In this document: piece after piece, positions 1 through 7,974 of the stretch | How the letters are laid out: every line of letters begins with the position of its first letter | Numbering within the stretch: position 1 is the first letter of the stretch | Assembly: GCA_963777835.1 (NCBI GenBank) | Contig: CAVZRK010000006.1 | Coordinates: 988,010-1,052,009 of the forward strand | Source: an uncultured Gemmatimonadales bacterium | GTDB taxonomy: Bacteria; Gemmatimonadota; Gemmatimonadetes; Gemmatimonadales; GWC2-71-9 | Reading direction: 5' to 3' | Length of the DNA stretch: 64,000 bases | Translations under genes and position numbers: made by a program | Notes under the pieces: generated by a model | The model's input: only the letters and a program-made list of their open reading frames with translations | The model's database searches: none | What the model was told of the DNA's origin: nothing

Positions 1-1278
1 ATCTACTCCGGCATCGGCCCCGCGGAAGCCGCCGAGCAAGTGCTGAAGGAGTTCGATCACCAGGCCTACCTGACCGGCGGCGCTCCACTCCCGGACTACG
101 TGGAGCCCTTCGACTCCGTCGGGCGCGTCAAGCTCCTGCCGGACTGGGAACGGATCTACACCCAGGTGTACGCCGACCCGGAGTATCGCCGGGACTGGGC
201 CTGGTTCGTCCTGCCCATCCGGTCCGGGTACCCCGCCTCGCAGTCGCCCTTCGCGGGGATCGTCAGCCACGCCGAGACCGGCAACGTCCCGCCTTTCACG
301 CTGACCTACATGGGCGGGTGGGGTGGCTGGAACCGGAACGGCGCCACCGGCGGGTTCTACCTCTACGACCCGCAGCGACTGCACACGATCATCAGTGCGT
401 CCTCGCTGGACCAGGTGCAGAACAATCTGGGGTGGCTGAACGCACCTGTCGTGGCGCTGATCACCCTGCCGCCCATCGACGTGATCTACAAGGTGCTGTT
501 ACTCCCGGTCCGCCGGCTCTTCGGGCCGTTCCCGGTGCACTACTCCCCGATCGCGGAACTGCCGGTCCGGACCATGTCGCTGGCGGGCGGTGTCATGACC
601 GCCAACATGACGCCGGAATGGACGGCGCTGCTCCTCAACGGCCCGCAACTCGGCGAGATCGTGGGCCGACTCGCCGCGGCGGCCGGTACGGGGGCCCTCG
701 GCGACGAATCCGACGTGGCCGCGGACGCGACCTCGTACGTCGTACAGATGGACTTCTACCTGGGCAAGCGGTTCGTCACCGAGAACACCTTTCACAACTC
801 CAGCAGCGGGCTCAGCATCTCGGTGCCGCTCGAGGACCGGCCCGACGACCCGTTCGACGTCACCGGCACGCTCAAGTTCTACGAACTGGCCAGCAGCATC
901 CGGTACAACCTGCTGACCGGCGGGCTGCAGCCGTATGTGAAGATCGGCTACGGCTGGAGCTGGTACCAGGCGGTGGATATCAGCACCGACGGGGTGCCGC
1001 TGGCGGACTCCGACGGTCCCTGGGTCCGGCAGCCCACTTTCTTTCCAGCGAGCAATCTCTGGCCCAACACCACGCACTGGGGGGCGGGGCTCGAGTTCTT
1101 CCTGCTCCGGAGCAACGCCCCGATCCCCCGCGGGATCGACGTGAGCCTGAAGGGGGAGTGGGCGTCGTATTCGAGCGACCTGGGCGTCACGTTCGAGAAC
1201 GCGGCGCTGCTCGGCTTCGACTCGGAGCCGACCGTCACGCGGAGCGTGCTGAGCTTCTTCGGGGTGGTGAGTTTCTGA
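1..1278 (+). CDS. hypothetical protein, 5' end outside the window; C-terminal part resembles an outer-membrane beta-barrel
   Basis: Frame 1 is open from nt 1 into ORF 40..1278 (TGA 1276-1278). No catalytic motif recognised. The last ~150 aa show alternating hydrophobic strands and end in ...FFGVVSF (OMP-like terminal Phe). Confidence 0.45.
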   Translation: MYSGIGPAEAAEQVLKEFDHQAYLTGGAPLPDYVEPFDSVGRVKLLPDWERIYTQVYADPEYRRDWAWFVLPIRSGYPASQSPFAGIVSHAETGNVPPFTLTYMGGWGGWNRNGATGGFYLYDPQRLHTIISASSLDQVQNNLGWLNAPVVALITLPPIDVIYKVLLLPVRRLFGPFPVHYSPIAELPVRTMSLAGGVMTANMTPEWTALLLNGPQLGEIVGRLAAAAGTGALGDESDVAADATSYVVQMDFYLGKRFVTENTFHNSSSGLSISVPLEDRPDDPFDVTGTLKFYELASSIRYNLLTGGLQPYVKIGYGWSWYQAVDISTDGVPLADSDGPWVRQPTFFPASNLWPNTTHWGAGLEFFLLRSNAPIPRGIDVSLKGEWASYSSDLGVTFENAALLGFDSEPTVTRSVLSFFGVVSF

Positions 1279-1285
1279 CTCGCTC

Positions 1286-1328
1286 GTCCCCCCTCTCCAC
1301 ATGGTGGAGAGGGGGACAGGGGGTGAGG
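1286..1328. repeat. REP-like palindromic element, copy 1 (CCCCTCTCCAC-ATG-GTGGAGAGGGG followed by ACAGGGGGTGAGG)
   Basis: 11-12 bp perfect stem with a 3-nt loop, 8 nt after the stop at 1278. A near-identical copy in the same orientation lies at 2966-3006. Confidence 0.8.
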
Positions 1329-1388
1329 TGAAACGACGCCGCGCTGATTATCATTGACGCTTACCCCCTACATGGAGCGGCGCTTCCA

Positions 1389-2956
1389 ATGCGAAAGTTC
1401 TCCCTGGTGCTCCTGGCCGCGGCCCTGGCCGTCACGCCAGCCGCGCACGCCCAGAACCCCGCCAAGAAGGCGGGGGGCAAGCCCAACATCCTCGTCATCT
1501 GGGGCGACGACGTCGGCTACTGGAACGTCAGCGCCTACAACCTCGGCCAGATGGGCTACCGGACGCCGAACATCGACCGGATCGCGCGTGAGGGCGCGCT
1601 CTTTACCGATCTCTACGGCCAGCAGAGCTGCACCGCCGGCCGCGGCGCCTTCCTGACCGGCCAGAGCCCCTTCCGCACCGGCCTCCTGAAGGTGGGACTC
1701 CCCGGCGCCAAGGAAGGACTGCAGCCCCAGGACCCGACCCTCGCCGAGCTCGTGAAGCCGCAGGGTTACGCGACCGGCCAGTTCGGCAAGAACCACCTCG
1801 GTGACCTCGACGCCATGCTCCCCACGATGCACGGCTTCGACGAGTTCTTCGGCTCGCTCTACCACCTCAACGCCGAGGAAGAGCCCGAGGACCCCGACTA
1901 CCCGAAGGACCCTGCCTTCCGCGCCAAGTACGCTCCGCGCGGCGTGCTGCACACCTGGGCGCTGCCCGACGGCGGCCAGCGGATCGAGAACACCGGCCCG
2001 CTCACCAAGAAGCGGATGGAGACGATGGACGAGGAGTTCGAGGCAGCGGCCGTCAAGGTTCATTCCGGCAGGCGCACAAGGACGAGAAGCCGTTCTTCGT
2101 CTGGTTCAACTCCACCCGCATGCACATCTGGACCCGCCTGCAGCCGAAGAGCGTGGGCGTCACCGGCCTCGGCGTCTATCCCGACGGCATGGTGGAGCAC
2201 GACGCGCTGGTCGGCCGGCTGCTCGGCCTCCTCGACAGCCTCGGCATCGCCGACAACACCATCGTGATGTACTCCACCGACAACGGCGCCGAGAAGTTCT
2301 CCTGGCCCGACGGCGGCACCTCGCCCTTCCGCAACGAGAAGGCAGTCGAACTGGGAAGGCGCCTACCGCGTGCCGGGCATGATCCGCTGGCCGGGCACCG
2401 TCAAGCCCGGCACCGTGCTGAACGACATCGTGTCCCACGAGGACTGGGTGCCGACCCTGGTGGCGGCGGCGGGCAACCCGAACGTGAACGCAGCAGTTGC
2501 TGACCGGGTACCACGGTGGGCGGGAAGACCTTCAAGGTGCACCTCGACGGGTACAACCTCACCGACTACCTGAGCGGCAAGGGCCCCGATCCCCGGAAGG
2601 ATTTCTTCTATTTCAATGACGATGGATCGCTGGTAGGATTGCGGTACAACCAGTACAAGGTGGTGTTCGCGGAACAACGCTCGCAGGGGCTGGACGTGTG
2701 GCAGGACCCCTTCACGCCGCTCCGGTTCCCGAAGCTCTTCAATCTCCGCTCGGATCCGTTCGAGATCGGCGACCACGAGAGCATCAGCTACGACAAGTGG
2801 CGCGTCGAACACGTGTACGTGTTGGTGCCCGCGCAGGAATACGTGGCAAAGTTCCTCAGCACGTTCGTCGCCTTCCCGCCGCGCCAAAAGGCGGGGAGCT
2901 TCACGCTCGACCAGGCGCTGCAGTCACTGGTGAACGCGGGACAGCAAGGCAACTAG
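1389..2956 (+). pseudogene. type I (formylglycine-dependent) arylsulfatase, reading frame broken at >=4 positions (true pseudogene or indel errors)
   Basis: Signal peptide [21 protein letters not shown] and sulfatase signature [13 protein letters not shown] (C-x-A-x-R). Homology continues through ORFs 1389.., 2120.., 2370.., a short QQLLTGYH stretch and 2516..2956 in different frames. Breaks lie near 2058, 2345, 2488 and 2515. Confidence 0.75.
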
Positions 2957-2965
2957 GCGGGGCGC

Positions 2966-3006
2966 GTCCCCCTCTCCACATGGTGGAGAGGGGGACAGGG
3001 GTGAGG
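2966..3006. repeat. REP-like palindromic element, copy 2
   Basis: GTCCCCCTCTCCACATGGTGGAGAGGGGGACAGGGGTGAGG, 10 nt after the sulfatase stop (TAG 2954-2956). It matches 1286-1328 apart from C/G run lengths. Confidence 0.8.
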
Positions 3007-3043
3007 ACTTCGCGATAGAGGGGGCCAAACGGTGTGGTGAACC

Positions 3044-3772
3044 CTACAGCCGTCCCTTGAGAAATTCTGGCGTGAGCCCCTGCAACCAACCGGCGAGTCG
3101 GGTGAACTCGCCGGTCACCATGAGCAGTCCCACGAAGATCAGCAGCACGCCGCTGGCCCGCATGACCCACGGCAGGTACTTCCGGAAGCGCTGGAACCAG
3201 TCGAGGAAGCTCTCCATGGCCCACGCCGCCACGAGGAACGGTACGGCCAGCCCGGCCGAGTAGGTGCCCAGCAGCGCCATCCCCCGCCCCACGTCGCCCT
3301 GCGTGGCCGCCATCCCGAGGATCCCGCCCAGGATCGGCCCGATGCAGGGCGTCCATCCCGCCGCGAACGCCATCCCGACCAGCACCGACCCGAGGTAGCC
3401 GAGCGGCTTCCGGTCCAGGTGCACCCGCTGCTCCTGCTGCAGGAACGCGAACTTGAAGACGCCGAGGGCGTAGAGGCCGAAGAGGATGATGAGCACGCCA
3501 CCCACCCGCTGCAGCCAGACCTGGTAGTACTTGAGCGCCGAGCCGAGGGCGGTGGCGCTCGCGCCGAGGATGACGAAGATGAGCCCGAACCCGAAGACGA
3601 AGAGGAGGGCGTGCGTCATCGCGAGCCGTCGGCGGCCACCCATCTCCTCCAGCGTCATCCCGGTGATGAAGCCGAGGTAGCTCGGCACCAGCGGCAGGAC
3701 GCAGGGGGAGAGGAAGCTCAGCACCCCCGCCGCAAAGGCCACGAGGAAGCTGATCTGGTCGGGAGTGCTCAC
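3044..3772 (-). CDS. ccdA: cytochrome c biogenesis / thiol-disulfide electron transfer membrane protein CcdA (DsbD family)
   Basis: 242 aa polytopic membrane protein with the CcdA motifs SFLSPCVLPLVPSY and WTPCIGPILG. GTG start overlaps the fur-family stop (GTGA, 3769-3772). Confidence 0.85.
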   Translation of the reverse strand: MSTPDQISFLVAFAAGVLSFLSPCVLPLVPSYLGFITGMTLEEMGGRRRLAMTHALLFVFGFGLIFVILGASATALGSALKYYQVWLQRVGGVLIILFGLYALGVFKFAFLQQEQRVHLDRKPLGYLGSVLVGMAFAAGWTPCIGPILGGILGMAATQGDVGRGMALLGTYSAGLAVPFLVAAWAMESFLDWFQRFRKYLPWVMRASGVLLIFVGLLMVTGEFTRLAGWLQGLTPEFLKGRL

Positions 3773-4239
3773 AGACCCTCCAGGGCGCGCCGCTGGCAGT
3801 CACGGCAGGTGCCGTGCAGCTCGACGCGATGCGTGCGATAGCGGAACTGGTGCTCGTCGGCGATGATGGGGAGCATGCGTTCGAGGCGCTCGGTCGTGAA
3901 CTCCTCCACCCCGCCGCACGCGGAACAGACCAGGTGCCCGTGGGAGCCCTGCGGCGCGGCCCCCTCGTAGCGTCGGAAGCCGTCGCCGAACTCGTGCAGC
4001 CGGATGAGCCCGCTTTCAACGAGAAGCTCGAGCGTCCGGTACACCGTGGCGATCCCGACCTGTTTCCCCTGTCGGGAGAGGCGCTGGTGCACGGCGGCGG
4101 CGGTCAGGTGGTCGGGAGAGGTGAACACCGCGCTGGCGACCAGGTCGCGCTGCTGCGTGACGGGGAGCCGATGTTCCCGGAGGTAGTTGCGGAAGCGCTC
4201 GAGGAGGTCGGCGGCCTCAGCCGAGGTCAGGTGCGCCAT
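3769..4239 (-). CDS. Fur-family metal-responsive transcriptional regulator
   Basis: Start trimmed to ATG 4239 (MAHLTSAEAADLL...). Winged-helix motif IATVYRTLELLVESG, metal/Zn sites HGHLVCSACG and HGTCRDC. The subfamily (Fur/Zur/PerR) cannot be decided. Confidence 0.85.
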   Translation of the reverse strand: MAHLTSAEAADLLERFRNYLREHRLPVTQQRDLVASAVFTSPDHLTAAAVHQRLSRQGKQVGIATVYRTLELLVESGLIRLHEFGDGFRRYEGAAPQGSHGHLVCSACGGVEEFTTERLERMLPIIADEHQFRYRTHRVELHGTCRDCQRRALEGL

Positions 4240-4621
4240 CGGCCTCAACGGGATACCACCGCTCCAGCGGGATCTGGACCGGCGGCTCCTCCTCGGTGCG
4301 CTTCGGCACCAGGGCCACGAGCTCGTCCAGCGCCTCGAGCGGCCCCCGGCCCACCTCGGCAAACTCGGACACGAACTCGCCGCGCTTCTTCCCCTTGAGG
4401 GTGTGGGCGTAGCGCGCCGTGTAGATCACCAGGCGGTCGTCCTCGACGCGGGAGAGGATGGCGGTACCGTACTCCTTGCCCTCGCGCCGGAACGGGCGAA
4501 ACACCCAGAGCCCGTGCAGGTCCGCCACCGGCAGCTGGGTGGCCACCGCCTCGGCAAGGAGCGCCCAGCCGGCGCCCGCGCCCGGCTCCGCCGGCGCAGC
4601 TAGCGGGTAGCCTGTTCCCAT
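4217..4621 (-). CDS. hypothetical small protein (about 134 aa)
   Basis: Only the C-terminal part of ORF 4217..5200 has protein-like composition (…LHGLWVFRPFRREGKEYGTAILSRVEDDRLVIYTARYAHTLKGKKRGEF…). Start is uncertain (ATG 4621 or downstream). It overlaps both neighbours by ~22 nt. Confidence 0.4.
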   Translation of the reverse strand: MGTGYPLAAPAEPGAGAGWALLAEAVATQLPVADLHGLWVFRPFRREGKEYGTAILSRVEDDRLVIYTARYAHTLKGKKRGEFVSEFAEVGRGPLEALDELVALVPKRTEEEPPVQIPLERWYPVEADGAPDLG

Positions 4622-5697
4622 TTTTCCACGTAGAGGCGGAGGACGTGCATGAAGTCCTGAGCGTTGGTCACCACGCCGTAGGCCTGGTGGGTGCCGCGGT
4701 CCTTCAGCTTGTTGACCACGAACTCGGTCTGGTCTACGCAGATCGTCATGAGCTCGCTGGGCACGCCGTCGTAATGGGTGTGGAAGGCGGGGAGCATGTT
4801 GCCCACCGCGATGGCGTGCAGCGCGGTGGCCACGAAGATGGCGCCGGTGGCGCGCACCGCGTGCTCCCGCATGGCGTCCTGCGCGGCGAGCGAGTCCTGC
4901 ACCACGCCGGGGAGGGGGCCGTCGTCGCGGATGGAGCCGGCCAGCACGTACGGCACCTTGGACGTGACCAGCGCGTGCATGATGCCGCTCTTGATGAGCC
5001 CCTGCCCCACCGCCTGCTCGATCGAGCCGAGCGCGCGCACCCGGTTGATGGCCCGCATGTGGAGCCCGTGGCCGCCGTCGGTCGGCTGGCCGGTGTTCGA
5101 CATCCCGAGGGTGGTGCCGAAGATGGCCGCCTCGATGTCGTGCACCGCCACGGCGTTCCCCGCCAGCACCGCCTGCACGTACCCGTTCCGGATGAACCAC
5201 TCGAAGTCGGCCCGCGCGCGTGAGTGCACCAGCGCCGGCCCCACCACCCAGATCACGTACCCGCCGCGCCGCTTCTCCTCGCCGATCCGGGCCGCCAGCT
5301 CCTCGTAGTTCACGGGGCGCTCGCGGCTCACCTCGGTGGACATGAAGCGGAACTCGTTGCCGCTGTGCGCGCCGGCCAGGAAGCCGGCGGAGTGCACGTA
5401 CACCCCCTGGCTGCCGTCCTCCGCCTCACCCATCACGATCTGCTCCCCCGCCTTGAGGCGCCGCGGTTCGGCGATGGTCAACTCCTCCCCTCGCCGGACG
5501 ATGACGCAGTCCATCCGGGGGCGGGTCGGCATGACCCACCTGCCACCCCCGAGGTGAACGTAGGTCGGGAGGTTCGAAGTGGAGAAGAAGTCTTCGGGCA
5601 GGACGCCGTCGGCCGGGAGGGGCGCAAACCGCGCCGCGGGTGCACCGGCAAAGGGGGCCTTGGTGAAGTCGGGTGGGGTGTAGCGGGGAGTGGCCAT
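4600..5697 (-). CDS. LOR/SDH-like conserved protein (TIGR00300-type; possibly an ornithine cyclodeaminase-type enzyme)
   Basis: Start trimmed to ATG 5697 (MATPRYTPPDF...). The 365-aa product carries GGYVIWVVGPALVHSRARADFEWFIRNGYVQAVLAGNAVAVHDIE, which I recognise from the LOR/SDH bifunctional-enzyme conserved-region family. The function call is tentative. Confidence 0.5.
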   Translation of the reverse strand: MATPRYTPPDFTKAPFAGAPAARFAPLPADGVLPEDFFSTSNLPTYVHLGGGRWVMPTRPRMDCVIVRRGEELTIAEPRRLKAGEQIVMGEAEDGSQGVYVHSAGFLAGAHSGNEFRFMSTEVSRERPVNYEELAARIGEEKRRGGYVIWVVGPALVHSRARADFEWFIRNGYVQAVLAGNAVAVHDIEAAIFGTTLGMSNTGQPTDGGHGLHMRAINRVRALGSIEQAVGQGLIKSGIMHALVTSKVPYVLAGSIRDDGPLPGVVQDSLAAQDAMREHAVRATGAIFVATALHAIAVGNMLPAFHTHYDGVPSELMTICVDQTEFVVNKLKDRGTHQAYGVVTNAQDFMHVLRLYVEKWEQATR

Positions 5698-5771
5698 AGG
5701 AAGGGGAATCTTAGGGGTGGCCGAGAGGGGATTCAAGTCGAATCCCCCTCGACCATGCCGGGCTGCTGGGC

Positions 5772-7917
5772 TCAGGGCGCCGAGGCCACCGGCGGCAATC
5801 CGTTCAGCGCGCGCGCCGCGCCAACCACGTCCCCGATACCCGCGAAATCCACCGCCAGGATGTTCGGCGTCATCCCCCGCTCGCGGCGGCATTGCCGCGC
5901 CCGCTTCACGATTACGTCCTGCTGGTTGACGATCTGCGCGTTGCTCGGCTTCGGCGTCGGGGTCGTCTCGATCCAGTGGTTGATGAGAAAGAGGTCGCCG
6001 CGAGGCGTCCCCCGGTTGGCCTTGCAGGAGAACTCCTCCGGCGTGTGGAAGGTGTACGGGGTCTCCGCCATGAGCCCGCCCCACGCGAGGTGATACCAGG
6101 GCAGCGTGCCGACGTCGTATTCCCCGAGCACCAGCACCCGGCCGCCGCTCTCCACCATCTCGCCGAGGGTCGGCCACGCCGGCTCGATGGGACCCTTGTA
6201 CACGTAGTCGATGAGCCCGCTGGCCACGAACATGGAATCGACGTCCGCCGGCACCACGTAGTCCTCGAAGTCGATGATGAGGACCTCGCCCGGGTGGGTG
6301 GCGAGAAAGTCGGTGAAGATGCGCAGGGTCGGCACGACGGGAATGGCCCCGAGCTCACAGTACCCGTGACAGAAATACAGGCCGCTCGGCCCAAGCTCGC
6401 CGGTGAATTGCTCGCGGATCCGCATCCCCGCCGCCCAGGCCTCGTTCCCGATGACGTTCGCGGTCTTGAGCTTGGCATAGGGGGTGGCGTCGAAATCTGT
6501 CCGGACCTTGTCGCCCATGACGTTGCCGCGGTAGGGGTCGAGCAGGAAGGCCCGCACGCCGCGATCCAGCAGCGACCGAATGTCGAGGTCCTGGTTCGGA
6601 AAGAGCCAGGCGGGGTTCGTGGCCGAGCCCATGGCGTTGTGCGCCCCGGGAAAGACGACTCTCGTGAGCCGGCGGCTGCACAACTCGACCGCGCCGTTGC
6701 AGGCGCCACCACTTGCCACCACCCTCGACCGGCGGCTCCGGAGGACGAATCCGCAGGACGACCGCCACGGCCCCGACGCCCAGCGCCAGCAGGCCCACGA
6801 TCCGGATGCCGGCCAGGGCCGTGGGCCAGAGGTGCACGTTCTCCCGAGCTCGACGGAGTTCCTCCGGCAGGTGCGGCTGGGCCAGCCGCCGCCACCCGGC
6901 AAGGCTCCTCAGGATCAGGATCGCGCCCGCGGCGACCGCGACGACCTTCAGCGCGGCTCCCGGATAGACCACGCCGGCAAGCCCGGCGAGCCCGAGCGCG
7001 AGCAGCCGTCCCGCTTCCGCCAGGGCACGCTCGCGGTGGCGGGACACGAACTCCCACGCCTGCCGCCCGATCACGCCAGGTTCGGCGCTGTCGCCAGGGA
7101 GGGCGATCAGCGCCAGCGCCGCGCCGACGATGGCCACGACGATGCCGACGGCCCTGAGCGGGGCGAAGAACGCCATCCACAGTCCATCCGCAGCGCCGGC
7201 GGCGCCGGCGTCAGGAATGGCCGACGCCAGCAGGAGCCGGCCTGCCGGGACGGCCAGCGCCAGCACGACGCCGACCGTCGCGACCCCGACGCCGAGCGAC
7301 AATCCGGTCCGGCGGCGCGTGGGGGAAAGGACCACGGCCAGGACGAGGCAGCCGACGCCGCCCAGGAGCGCCAGCCGCCCGAACCCGCGGAGGGTCTCCA
7401 GCGATCCGAGCACCCGGGCCGCGGCGCGGACGGTCGGCGCCGCCTTGTCGAGTTCCAGCACCGGTCGAAGCGTGGCCGGCACCCGGTCCGCCGCCTCGGG
7501 GCCGATGTTCGCCAGCGCCTCCTGGACGAGCACACCCACATCGGGGATGGCGAGGAGGATGTTCTCGGCGGTCGAGGAGAGCACCGCCTGGTGGGCCTTG
7601 ATCACGGCAGGACGGATCAACCCGCGAAACGGCCCCGAGGTGACGATTCCGCGCGTCACCACCACGAGGATCGGCCGGAACGCCGTGAGATCGGGCTTCT
7701 GCGCGATGATGACATCGGTGATCCGCAGCGCGATGAACTCGCCGACGCGCGGGTCCTCGAGGCTCGCGTCCACCCGGTCGGCGAAGGTGTCGTCCCGGAG
7801 CAGGATCCTGCCGACGTACAGCATCAGCAGGCTCACGGCCACGACGACAATGCCGGTACCCCCGAGCAGCAGCGATAACGGGCGAGATCCCCTGCGGGCG
7901 TTCGGCGGATTCGTCAT
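5772..7917 (-). CDS. membrane protein with C-terminal PI-PLC X-domain-like phosphodiesterase; one frame break near 6700-6725
   Basis: ORF 6355..7917 gives ~400 aa of multi-TM protein ending ...RIRPPEPPVEGG. ORF 5772..6902 becomes protein-like exactly there (ACNGAVELCSRRLTRVVFPGAHNAMGS...), the typical start of PLC-like phosphodiesterases. Total length is 3n+1. Confidence 0.6.
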
Positions 7918-7974
7918 CTGGTCCTTCTGGGGTGGGGAGCTGGGGGAAGGCCTGAACCTGCACGGCGCGTGCGG

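Noticed and set aside
318-1331. Alternative ORFs overlapping the first gene (318..1331 +, 499..1302 -).
   Set aside because: Their translations are Arg/Pro/Gly-rich with no protein-like segments. The frame-1 product has normal composition.
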